64,000 nucleotides of DNA, from assembly GCA_002189035.1 (NCBI GenBank), contig NEEC01000002.1, forward strand, positions 248,001 to 312,000, in the 5' to 3' direction. The translations under genes and the position numbers were made by a program. Below the pieces are notes generated by a model that was given only the letters and a program-made list of their open reading frames with translations, searched no databases and was not told the origin of the DNA. Shown here one piece after another: positions 1 through 9,950 of this stretch. Numbering within the stretch: the stretch's first letter is position 1; each line of letters starts with the position of its first letter. The DNA is from Utricularia gibba. Its lineage: Eukaryota > Plantae > Magnoliophyta.

Positions 1-739
1 TGCCACCTCGGTTATATGCTTTTACCAAAATCGCAAAAGTAAATGCATTTGGATTAAGACCAAGATTCTTCATATTCCTATAAACAGCTACAGCTAAATC
101 TGTTTTCCCATGGTGTGTCAACCTGCAAATCAAATAATTACATGAAAATATGCATGGCGTTATCCCATGTCTTTTGATATCAAAAAGAGTGTGAATGGCT
201 TCATCAAACATTCCAACAGACACAAAGCTCTTAACTATGGAACTAAAGGCAGGAATCAAGGAGCTTGACCCACCATCGTTAACCTCACGCCATTCATCAA
301 TTGCCATTGCTTCCAACAACTCAGAAATCTTAAAACACAATTCATATTCCTTCAGGCCTATCATGTCTTTAAATAAATATTCCAGCTCCCCCTTCCTATT
401 TCTCGGGCAAAGAATTTTAATAATAGCTAAGTAGCTCTGGACATCATGCTGAAACCCAACTTTCTTAAGTTGGTTAAAATAGGAAAATGCGGATAAGGGC
501 TCATTTCTCAAACTTTTTAGAATCTCGATAACATCAGAGGAACTGAACTGCGGAGATTCGGCAAGGTAGCTGCTTTTGGAGTAATATGAAGGATCATACT
601 CGTTCCCTGAATCTGAACCCTGTTCCTCAGAACACGAGTCCGCTAAATAAGGCGTGAAATGGGCGAGGGAAGGAACACCATAAAATCTAACAAAGTGGCC
701 GTTCTTGAAAATTTTCCAGAGAGAGGAAAATGCTCTCAT
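1..739 (-). CDS. P-class pentatricopeptide repeat (PPR) protein, 5' part; runs off the left edge of the window
   Basis: Manual translation from ATG at 739: MRAFSSLWKIFKNGHFVRFYGVPSLAHF...EPLSAFSYFNQLKKVGFQHDVQSYLAIIKILC...GMFDEAIHTLFDIKRHGITPCIFSCNYLICRLTHHGKTDLAVAVYRNMKNLGLNPNAFTFAILVKAYNRGG. Open to base 1 with typical PPR helices and a mitochondrial-like presequence. Absent from the ORF track because there is no stop inside the window. Confidence 0.88.
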   Translation of the reverse strand, partial: MRAFSSLWKIFKNGHFVRFYGVPSLAHFTPYLADSCSEEQGSDSGNEYDPSYYSKSSYLAESPQFSSSDVIEILKSLRNEPLSAFSYFNQLKKVGFQHDVQSYLAIIKILCPRNRKGELEYLFKDMIGLKEYELCFKISELLEAMAIDEWREVNDGGSSSLIPAFSSIVKSFVSVGMFDEAIHTLFDIKRHGITPCIFSCNYLICRLTHHGKTDLAVAVYRNMKNLGLNPNAFTFAILVKAYNRGG

Positions 740-1773
740 CGAACAGAATAGCAGGACGAAATCTCATTATGTCAATGCCACGTTGGCTTGTGCTCTCTCA
801 GCAATTCTTAGGATAGTGTCAAGCAAACTGGAGAAGTCGAAAGCGATGATTAAGAATACGAAAGCGAAATACAATGGTTGTGGATTCCCTGTGGAAATCG
901 GAAAAGGCGATTTGACAGCGGCTGCTATCATGACATAACAGAACTCGGAAGAAAAGTAACCTTCTACTACGAAAGGTGATTTCCGTATCCGCGGAAGAGA
1001 AATCCGGAATGCCGTCCGAGGCAGGGGGCGGGGCGACTACAGTGATGACGGCCACGCTTCGACTTCAGAAGTGCGTTGAAACGCACAAGGATAAGACACT
1101 AGAAGAGAGCAACCATATTAGAAATTGCAGAAGAAGAAGCCGATGGGAAGCGGAAGGAAAGCGCTTGACCAAAGTTCAAGAAAAAATTTCCAGAATTTTA
1201 TGGCTTAACTGTACTAATGAAGTCCAGTTGGTATGAAGCCCAGTTCTGCTAATTGGACCAATTCTGAGGGAAAAATGTAGAAGACGAGGGTATATTCGTC
1301 TATTCCTTTTTGATTAATCTCAGCCCGGTTAACATCAGGCCCAAAACCTCATGGCTCTCTTCTTGGACATCTGACTTCTGATGGGGCTTCCATAATGACC
1401 CATCTCATAATCAGGCCCAGACTACGTAGAGCAGAGTCATGATGCCCTGCAAGTTGTTTTGATCCAGCAGAATTATGAATTATTGTTCATGGAGTAATCA
1501 GTCTCCTTGTGGCTTGTAGGAAAAATAGCATTCGAAAGAGATACAGCTGCAGAAGCAGAAGCAGCAAGAGATGAAGAATAAAACTATCCTTGGAAAAGGA
1601 AGTCATCTTCATCGCCAATTGGTGCAACCAATCCAGCCAACTCTTGTACATGTGAACTTCTGAACAAAAGCAAGGCAGAAGTGAACAATCCCGATCTCTG
1701 CAACGAGAACAAAAAATGATAGTGGTGATGTTCATCGTACCGTAGTTTCATATTTGAAGGCTGCGCTTCGGGT

Positions 1774-3897
1774 TTATATTGGGGACCTGAAAGCTTCACC
1801 GGCATAGCGGACATCTCCCAGTTCCTCTTCAATGCGAAGAAGCTGAACGAAAGCAATGGAAATGAGTCTTTCCCATGCATTGGATTCTTTTATGCGGGTT
1901 TTGCAGTAGTACCTGATTGTACTTGGCAAGCCGCTCACTTCTACAGGGGGCTCCAGTTTTTATCTAGGAAGAGAATGAAAGTAATGGAAAGGTACTTCTA
2001 CTTGAAAGGTATGCTCTATGCCATGATGATTGGAGAGTACCTGCCCACTGGCCAGCCCTACAGCTAGATCTGCTATGAAGTTGTCTTCTGTCTCACCACT
2101 ACGATGACTAACCATCACTCCCCATCCTGCAGCTTTCGAATCAAGAGCTGCATGGATTGACTCAGTTACAGTGCCAATCTGGTTAACCTGAAATCATTCA
2201 AAATAATTGAGAGGGCATATTTGGGATGCTCTTGTCTATAAATCCTGAAGAACAATGTGTACTTTGAGCAGCAACGCATTGCAAGCCTTCTTCTGAACGG
2301 CTTCAGCTATTCTCTTTGGATTCGTGACCAACAAATCATCACCAACAATCTGGATGTCGACGGAGGACTGAAGGTAAGACCATGACCTCCAGTCATCCTG
2401 GTCAAATGGGTCTTCAATTGATACAATAGGGAAATCTCGGACAAACTCTTTGTATAAGTCTCCCAGGCTCTGAGCTGAAAGTACATGAGTACCGTCATTT
2501 GGCCTATTCTTGAAATCCAGATCATACTTGCCATCTTTAGTCAAGAACTCAGAAGCAGCAACATCCATCCCTATTTTGATCTGGCATTTGTTGACAATTG
2601 AGCAACAAGAACTTGTGAACCAAGGAGCACTAAGGTCGAAGTAGTTTTACCTTGCCTGTATAACCTGCTTTTTCAATTGCATCCATGAGCAGTAATAAAC
2701 CTTCCCTGTTGTCTTGTACATTGGGAGCAAATCCACCTTCATCCCCTACGTTGCATGCATCTTGTCCATATTTCTTTTTGATGATCCCCTTTAATATGTG
2801 ATAAACTGCACGCACATTCTCAAGTTAACATACTTGCACACAGTGTGTTGAGTATGCACCTTCCGTTTCGATCATAACATATGAGGAATGGGCATGGACA
2901 CAGAGTACAGTACAGAGTGCAAAGAAGTTTCCCATGCTATAAGTTTCTACGCTAGCAAGAACAAAGGACACACAAGGAAGTCGAGCTTAGGGGCGTGTCT
3001 GGTGCACCAAAAAAACAGCTACCTAGAAAATACATTTGAAAGGGTAGAAGATAATGACAATGCAGAAAAATGTTGACAAACAAACCTTCACTACCCATCT
3101 GAAGAGCTAGGGAGAATGAAGTTGCTCCCACTGGTAAAATCATGAATTCCTGCATCGCCAAATTGTTTCCAGCATGGCTACCTCCATTTATCACATTGAA
3201 TGCAGGCACTGGCATAACGAGCTCTTTGGTTCTAGATAATTCTTGAATATGCTTATAAAGAGGCACTCTCTTTGATCCAGCGCCTGCTCTACAAACACCA
3301 AGAGAAACTCCTAAAATAGCGTTAGCCCCTAACCTTGACTTGTTCGGAGTTCCATCAATCTCCAACATGATCGAATCAACTTCCGTCTGGTTCCTAAGAT
3401 TTCAAAAATCAGACTCAGCATGTCCCTATTAGCGACGAAAATACACGAAATCCTATAAAAATCATGGTACCTGACATCAACCCCAATGAGCTTAGGCCCA
3501 GTATTTCATTCACATTTTTAACCGCATTCAGCACTCCCTTGCCTCCATACACGCTCTTATCCCCATCTCTCATCTCAAGAGCCTCATAAATTCCAGTCGA
3601 CGCGCCACTGGGAACAGCTGACCGGTAAAGAGAATCGTCATACGTGATCAGATCAACTTCAACCGTCGGATTCCCTCTGCTGTCCACAATCTGCCGCGCC
3701 TTAACATGCTTTAACTTAGCAGATTCCTTCACTGCAATAGAAGGGGACTGCGCGACGGCTATGGAGCAAATGACGGTAGAGCGACGACACTGGATATTCT
3801 TGGACGTGACTTTTGAAAAAAGAGAGGCCCTTAGAGTTGGGGTTGCCGGAAAAACAGTTTTGGGAAGATGAGTCGAAGCCATTGCTTCCATTGCCAT
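1774..3897 (-). CDS. ENO1: Plastid enolase (phosphopyruvate hydratase), 7 exons, with an apparent 1-bp frameshift near 3497
   Basis: Exons 3897-3471, 3393-3086, 2805-2651, 2580-2263, 2187-2041, 1963-1913, 1842-1774 with GT-AG borders. Motifs [91 protein letters not shown]. Transit-peptide-like N-terminus. Confidence 0.93.
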
Positions 3898-4620
3898 GAT
3901 CCACCGAAAACAGGAAGAGCAAATCAAGAAAATGCAGGAATGAAGAAGAAACGGGCTTCAATGCTCTTGGGGAGTCCGCTCTGGCGGCGAGGGGAACATT
4001 TTTTTTAAATAAATAAAAACAATTTTTCTTGTCGTGATTACCGATGTGGACGAGCAGTTGACAGAAGTCAAAACACGAGTCGCAGTGGTAGGTTATGCTG
4101 GGCTGAAGTCCAGTGGTCTGGATAGGACTTGTTTGTTCTGGGCTTTGTAGGTTGGATTGGGCTCAACTGGACTAAAACCGGGTTAACTAAATGGGCTATT
4201 CTTGTTGATCTGCTCACGAGCTGGCTTCTAGGGTGGGCTTCTAAGATTAACTGGGATGGATTGTCACCATTCAATTCGTTTAGATCATTCAAATTTCATA
4301 ATTTTATGTTATTCAGTTCTAAAAAACATATCTTGTAAAAAATTGAAAAAATGCCTCTATTTACAAGCTTGAGCTGATATTCTGGGAGGCCTTTTTTTTG
4401 AAAAAAAGAGAGATCCCTAGACTTCCGGGTCATCGCCATGATCCACTGGAAATCAGGAAGAATGAGAGGGACCAGCTCAAGAAAATGCAGCAATGAAGAA
4501 GAAACGGCTGTGGAAAAATCTATGCTCATTGGAAGATACTCAAGAGGCTAGGCATATGTTTCAATCAAAAACAAAGCATCGTTTGCTACATAGATCCCAA
4601 TCGGCTGCGCCTTCAGTATT

Positions 4621-6322
4621 TCACTTTAAGAAAGTGCAGGTTAGGAACAAGAAAACGAACACCACTAGAGAAGTAATAAGTTCAAGGGTCCATGTTGGCT
4701 GCAACAAAAACGATGGAATGACTGGAACCAAAAGAGAACCACAAATCCAGCCGATCACAAAACCTCCAAATCTGCAGATTGCAACAAAAACCAACTCAGC
4801 TAGGAGATGAATAAGTAGGCATGACACACTCACATGTAATTACAACTCACCCGATAATCGAAGCTCTTGCCAAGCTTTTGTTCTTGTCATTGATGAAATA
4901 TATGCAAGCAGCAAGTGACAACGCTACCTGGAAGTAATAAATGAAATGACTTTAGCTTGTACATAAATGAGGCCACGCATGTGGTCGTTGTAATTCCATT
5001 CTTTGTTTCTTTGGTTTTAACATGACGGATGGGCCATTCAAACTCGTATTTGAAAAACTCAAAAACATCCCGATAAGCTAACAGAATATGTAGCTCACAG
5101 ATAAATTCTGATCACAGCGTCAGGCCACTAGTAAGAGACGGGCAACGGAAATTAAGTACCTGAAATGCAGGCCCGGCTTCAGCAGAGTTCATAATGCTCC
5201 AGCATGCCATGAAAGCAAAGAGGAATAATCGTCTCATGATGATCACAGGAGGAGGAACCTCGATGAAGCTAAGCAGGTTTTTGATCCAAGGTGGAGATTC
5301 ATCAATTTGTTTCTTTAGCCTAGTTTTCAAGTTTATCTTTGTTTTTTTCCTGTTCCTGAAGCTGGCCATGAGTAGTTTTTCAAAGGCAGCTTCTATTGAT
5401 TCAGCACTTCTTTCATGCCCAGCATACTGACTCAACAAGAAGTTCCGTGCACTCCATACTTCCTCCTCAGAAGCATACGGGCTTATGCCAAGGCGCTTAT
5501 AAGGGTTCCATACATTCACCCTGGGAAACTTTGCAATAAATCCTATAAAATGAAAGCCAATTTAAACTTCATTTTCTCTGTCAGAACAACCATAATAAGG
5601 CATGCCTCCTATAAATATCACATGAATTCAAGTAGATGAGTCGCTGCGTATCAAAACTGAATAGTCAAAAATGAATTGAAGATCTCCAAAAATACTGGTT
5701 ACATCTGATTTCTTTGACAAGAACAGATGCACCCCCATACAGCCTGGAACTTATCTCCTACCATTCAACCATTTGTCTAAAAATCTATCTAGGATTGTGA
5801 AAGGGGATAATCTAGAAGCCTCTTCAAGCCAGGGTATATGCATGTAACGAAGAAAACTAGAAGCCTCTTGAAGCCAGGGGCATACTCAAGCAACAGAGAA
5901 AACTAAAGGTCCCTTCAAGCTAGGGCATTCTAAAGTAACAAGGACAACTAGAAGCCTCCTCATGCCAGGACATGACAAAAAAAAAACCCTGTTTTAGTGC
6001 ACTCTGAACTCACCGTCATGTGGTGCATCAATAGCACATCTGGGGCTCTTCCTACAGCTTAATACTACGCATGGAGAACTTTCGATCGAACTCACACGAT
6101 TTGATCTGCACCCCAATACCCAAAATTTTAGTACTGAAATTGCGAAATCCAAAAAAAAAAAAAAAACCATAGGCCCTAAAAAAAACAAAAGAATAACGCA
6201 AATCGAAGTTTTGAAACGGAAAATCACTCCACAAAATATTCAACGGCACACACTTACAGCTTATACCCCAGAAAGGACGAGCGGAGGGGGAGGCAAGGGC
6301 TCGATAGTACAGCCGCAGCCAT
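4621..6322 (-). CDS. CPP1: CHAPERONE-LIKE PROTEIN OF POR1 / CELL GROWTH DEFECT FACTOR 1 (J-like domain, DUF3353), 5 exons
   Basis: Exons 6322-6258 ([22 protein letters not shown]), 6105-6014, 5542-5160, 4927-4851, 4771-4621 join in frame. Motifs [19 protein letters not shown]...[20 protein letters not shown] and C-terminal [26 protein letters not shown] match CDF1/CPP1. Confidence 0.92.
5811..5975. repeat. Degenerate minisatellite, about 4 copies of a ~45-bp unit (consensus aaaactagaagcctcttcaagccagggcat...), in CPP1 intron 2
   Basis: ctagaagcctc-ttcaagccaggg-like units recur at about 5812, 5856, 5902 and 5945. Confidence 0.8.
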
Positions 6323-7967
6323 TGGGTCCGAATTCCACACCACCCTTATTCAACCAATTCTATTGCGAAGCCCAACTGGAATTCAGCCGCGGCCGGCGAC
6401 TGACATGAGCGCTGTCTTTCCGATTGTGCGGATTTGCCACATCACAAGGAGATAATCCATCCGAAGTCCCTGCCCACGGAGTGTGACGCCGGGCCGGGTC
6501 GGGTCGAGAAGCTAATTAATGGTGAAACTTAGAATATTGTAAAAATGTTGAGCGGATAATGCCGAAGTAGCAAATACACAATACGACACCGTTTGAAATA
6601 TCATCTTATAATAATTGACAAATAATTACAACAAAAAATTTCATACGAAAATGAGAAAATTAAATGCAATATGGCCCTCCAAATCAAACGGGGCTACCCC
6701 AGAGATAAAACAGAAACAGGGTACTCTCCTCACTCCAGCTAACCCTTCCACGCCTGTTCATATCTGTCTTTCTTTTGGCATTGCTCAAAGAAGGCATGCT
6801 GTGTGTGATGAAGTAGCTTCTTGGAAAGCTTTGGTTTTGGATCTATTGGTACATGGTTCTGGGATATAGTCGGTGGAAACCAACCTCCCACTCTTTCTTC
6901 GTTTACCTATTTCCATAGACAAAACAAGAAGGAACCCGCATGTAAGTGTTGATCCATTGCTTGAATCAAACCTATCACAGGTCTGCTCTTCATAGCAGAA
7001 GCAAAGCTATGTTCCTACAATCCTAGTCATTCATGTCCGAGTAATGGGTCAACAGGTCCTAACAGCTTGGCTCATCATCTCCTGGCCTGATTCAAATTGA
7101 GTTTGCCATGATATGTCCACGCCTAGTTTACTGGCTGCTCTCTTCTTCTTCGGACTCACCATGATGATCACCTCCATCTGCTTCTGCTTCACAGTTTGAA
7201 GCTCGGACCAGCTTTTGCGGGGAGAGATGAACTATGGCTCGTTCTATCCAAATGAAACTTCTGTGTATAACATAGGCTAATTTCCAGTAACGGAGGACTT
7301 ATATTCCATGAAAAGTGGATGTGGCTGACGAAGTCTAAGGGCTCTTCAGGTTTCATTTTGCAAGTTGTAATCATCTCCAAGTTCATTCTTCCCATAGTGT
7401 CCATGAATATTATTTGCAGTCGACAGGGAACACAGTCCCAGGACACCGTACTCCTGATACGCACGAGTTCCGTTGAGAGATTTTGAAAACAACATGAGTA
7501 CTTTTTTACCATCCTCACCATATTTCGTCGTCCAATGCCTGAATTCTCAGAAAGAATTACGATAATCTGAAGCGTCTTTTCTGATCCATAATCTCTCTGT
7601 GTGAATCATCTGACACATTCGTGAGGATTTTTCCACCTAAAATGAACTACCTGTGGTAGCTCATCTCTTTGCGGTTTGAGCTGCATATCTTTTTACCTGC
7701 GGTAGGGAAAGATCATACCGTCATATCTAATGAATAAAAGTTGACTGGACACTGATAGGAGTGTTTCAGAGAATAAGATACACACACTTCTTTTAGTATT
7801 CAGAACAACAGATGAGCGCGTCACAACTGATTATCATATGCCTTAAGTTGGTATAATAAAATAATAAAATTGAGTAGAAGATATGCATCAAAGTAGAATT
7901 ATAGAACTTGGCTAGTTTAATGAAGCAAGAATCGCTCAATGAAAAACAGCAAGTAAAATCATCTTCT

Positions 7968-9350
7968 TCAAAATTTAGTTACCTTCTTGATCAAATAGTC
8001 CTCCAAAGAAGCGCCAGCATCCACTATTCTGGTAGATGGCTTTATCTCTACAGCAAGAATCCGTTTCAACGTACTTTCAATGGATTCTATATCATCTGTC
8101 TGGCATATCCAAGGTAAAACTTCAGCCCAAGTGTCTAAATGTGGGCAATACCCATGCTTCAAAAAATCATATAACACTTCAGAAGCATCATCAATCCTAC
8201 CAATGTTGCAATACCCTTTAGTTATCAGGTGAACCACCGAAAAATGTGGGGAAAACCCCTTCGACATCATCATCTTGAAGTAGGTATTGGCCTCATCATA
8301 CATCCCTTGATTGCATAATCCCCCTACTATAGTTTGATACGACAACGAATTGGGTGAGCAGCAATTAGATGACATGTCTTCCAGAACCTTGCAAGCCTCA
8401 GAAGCATGGCCAGCTTTACAGAACCCTGAAATAACTGTATTGTAGTGGACGATATCTGGGTCACATCCCTTCAGTTTCATTCGACAAAGAAGCTTGTAAG
8501 CTTCCTTAAGCTTCAGTTTCCGGCATAAGCTATTCAATACAGTAGTATAGCTAAAAGTGTCAGGCACATATCCCTTGTTCAACATATCCCCCATCAAATC
8601 GACTGCTTTGTTCACCTGACTCTTCCTACACAGGCCCTGCATCAGAATTCTGTGCGATTCAACATCTGGAAGGACTTCATGCTTAATCATTTGATTGAAT
8701 AAAGAATATGCAATGCTCAGGTCACCATTCAAACAAAAAGCCCGCATTAAGATATTGTAGGACTTGGTATTAGGAGATACTCCATACCAATGGGAAGCTC
8801 TAAACAGGTCAAATGCGGACCGAAGGAACTTTCTGTTTGAAACAAGGATTTCAAGAATAGAATTGAGGTGCTTTCTAAGTGGCTTCATGTTGAATTCCAA
8901 AATAGTGTAGAATGTCTTCATAGCTTTTTCAGGGAGCTGTGCATCCCCATAAATTTGGATGATATGACTGAAAAGAGATGGAGAAATAGAGATTTTCTGC
9001 CGCTTGAGACTTGATAGAACAGACTCCATTATAGAAAAATGGTGAGACCGGCCAAGCTTGAGGATAAGGGCGTGGTAAGCAGCATACGAATGCTGAAAAT
9101 TGGGCTGGCGTAACGCTAAGTCAAAGATTTCTTTGGCAAGCAACGGGTCCTTTTGGGAGGCAATCAACCTCTGGACTCGAGCGGGAGAACCAATACGAGA
9201 CTGCAACTTCGTATTAGCTGAATGGTACATCCGAGTGCCCTTGTCATATAGATTCGAGCTCTGGTAGTGGTAAAGGAATGATAAAACGTTTCTCCGTGAT
9301 AGCGGCAGGACTCTCGAAAACGTCCAACAACGAAATGGAATCAACTGCAT
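7968..9350 (-). CDS. Single-exon mitochondrial P-class PPR protein (At4g01400-like)
   Basis: 460-aa ORF. IGSPARVQRLIASQKDPLLAKEIFD N-terminal block plus tandem 35-aa repeats (e.g. PNTKSYNILMRAFCLNGDLSIAYSLFNQM, PDIVHYNTVISGFCKAG). Confidence 0.92.
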   Translation of the reverse strand: MQLIPFRCWTFSRVLPLSRRNVLSFLYHYQSSNLYDKGTRMYHSANTKLQSRIGSPARVQRLIASQKDPLLAKEIFDLALRQPNFQHSYAAYHALILKLGRSHHFSIMESVLSSLKRQKISISPSLFSHIIQIYGDAQLPEKAMKTFYTILEFNMKPLRKHLNSILEILVSNRKFLRSAFDLFRASHWYGVSPNTKSYNILMRAFCLNGDLSIAYSLFNQMIKHEVLPDVESHRILMQGLCRKSQVNKAVDLMGDMLNKGYVPDTFSYTTVLNSLCRKLKLKEAYKLLCRMKLKGCDPDIVHYNTVISGFCKAGHASEACKVLEDMSSNCCSPNSLSYQTIVGGLCNQGMYDEANTYFKMMMSKGFSPHFSVVHLITKGYCNIGRIDDASEVLYDFLKHGYCPHLDTWAEVLPWICQTDDIESIESTLKRILAVEIKPSTRIVDAGASLEDYLIKKVTKF

Positions 9351-9950
9351 TTCTACACGACTGTAGAGACCTCAAATGATGATCAAGTCATCCAACACCC
9401 TGCAAGGCAAGTAGAATCACTAAACTAGTGTTCTCATCGAGTGGCACAAAAACTGGAACTGTTGATGAAACAAAGACACATTTTTTAGAACAATGAATTC
9501 ATTAGCAACCAAAAGCAAATGTAAGAAGCAGATAAAAAGAAACTGAAAATTATCCAATTCCTCGGAAAAAAAGCTTCAACTTCAGGCAATCGCATCCGAA
9601 ATCAGAACAGACATCTCGGAGAAACGCATGATGAAAAACGAATCCAATTAACGGCGATTCACTGTAGAGAAATTGGAGGAATTCTCGCAAAAAATGCGAA
9701 TTGCGAAGGCACCAACCGAGTATGAAATTGTCTTGAAAATATTGCTGCAGGGGGAGAGGGAGAAGGGGAGCCTACGTGGCGCGTACTCATTGGTGAGGTT
9801 GACGGGCTCGTTTCTTACTTTCACCGCTCGAGTCTCTTTTGTGGTCCGTATCAAGAATTTGGCTGAGTAGAAACCTTGGATATAAACCCCTCCCTCTTTT
9901 CAACGAAGGTTCAAATTCGATTTGCGCGAATTTTGATTCTTATCTGGGGA

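Noticed and set aside
5811-5975. CRISPR-like repeat-spacer array
   Set aside because: The units are degenerate along their whole length with no unique spacers, the locus is a plant intron, and there are no cas genes.
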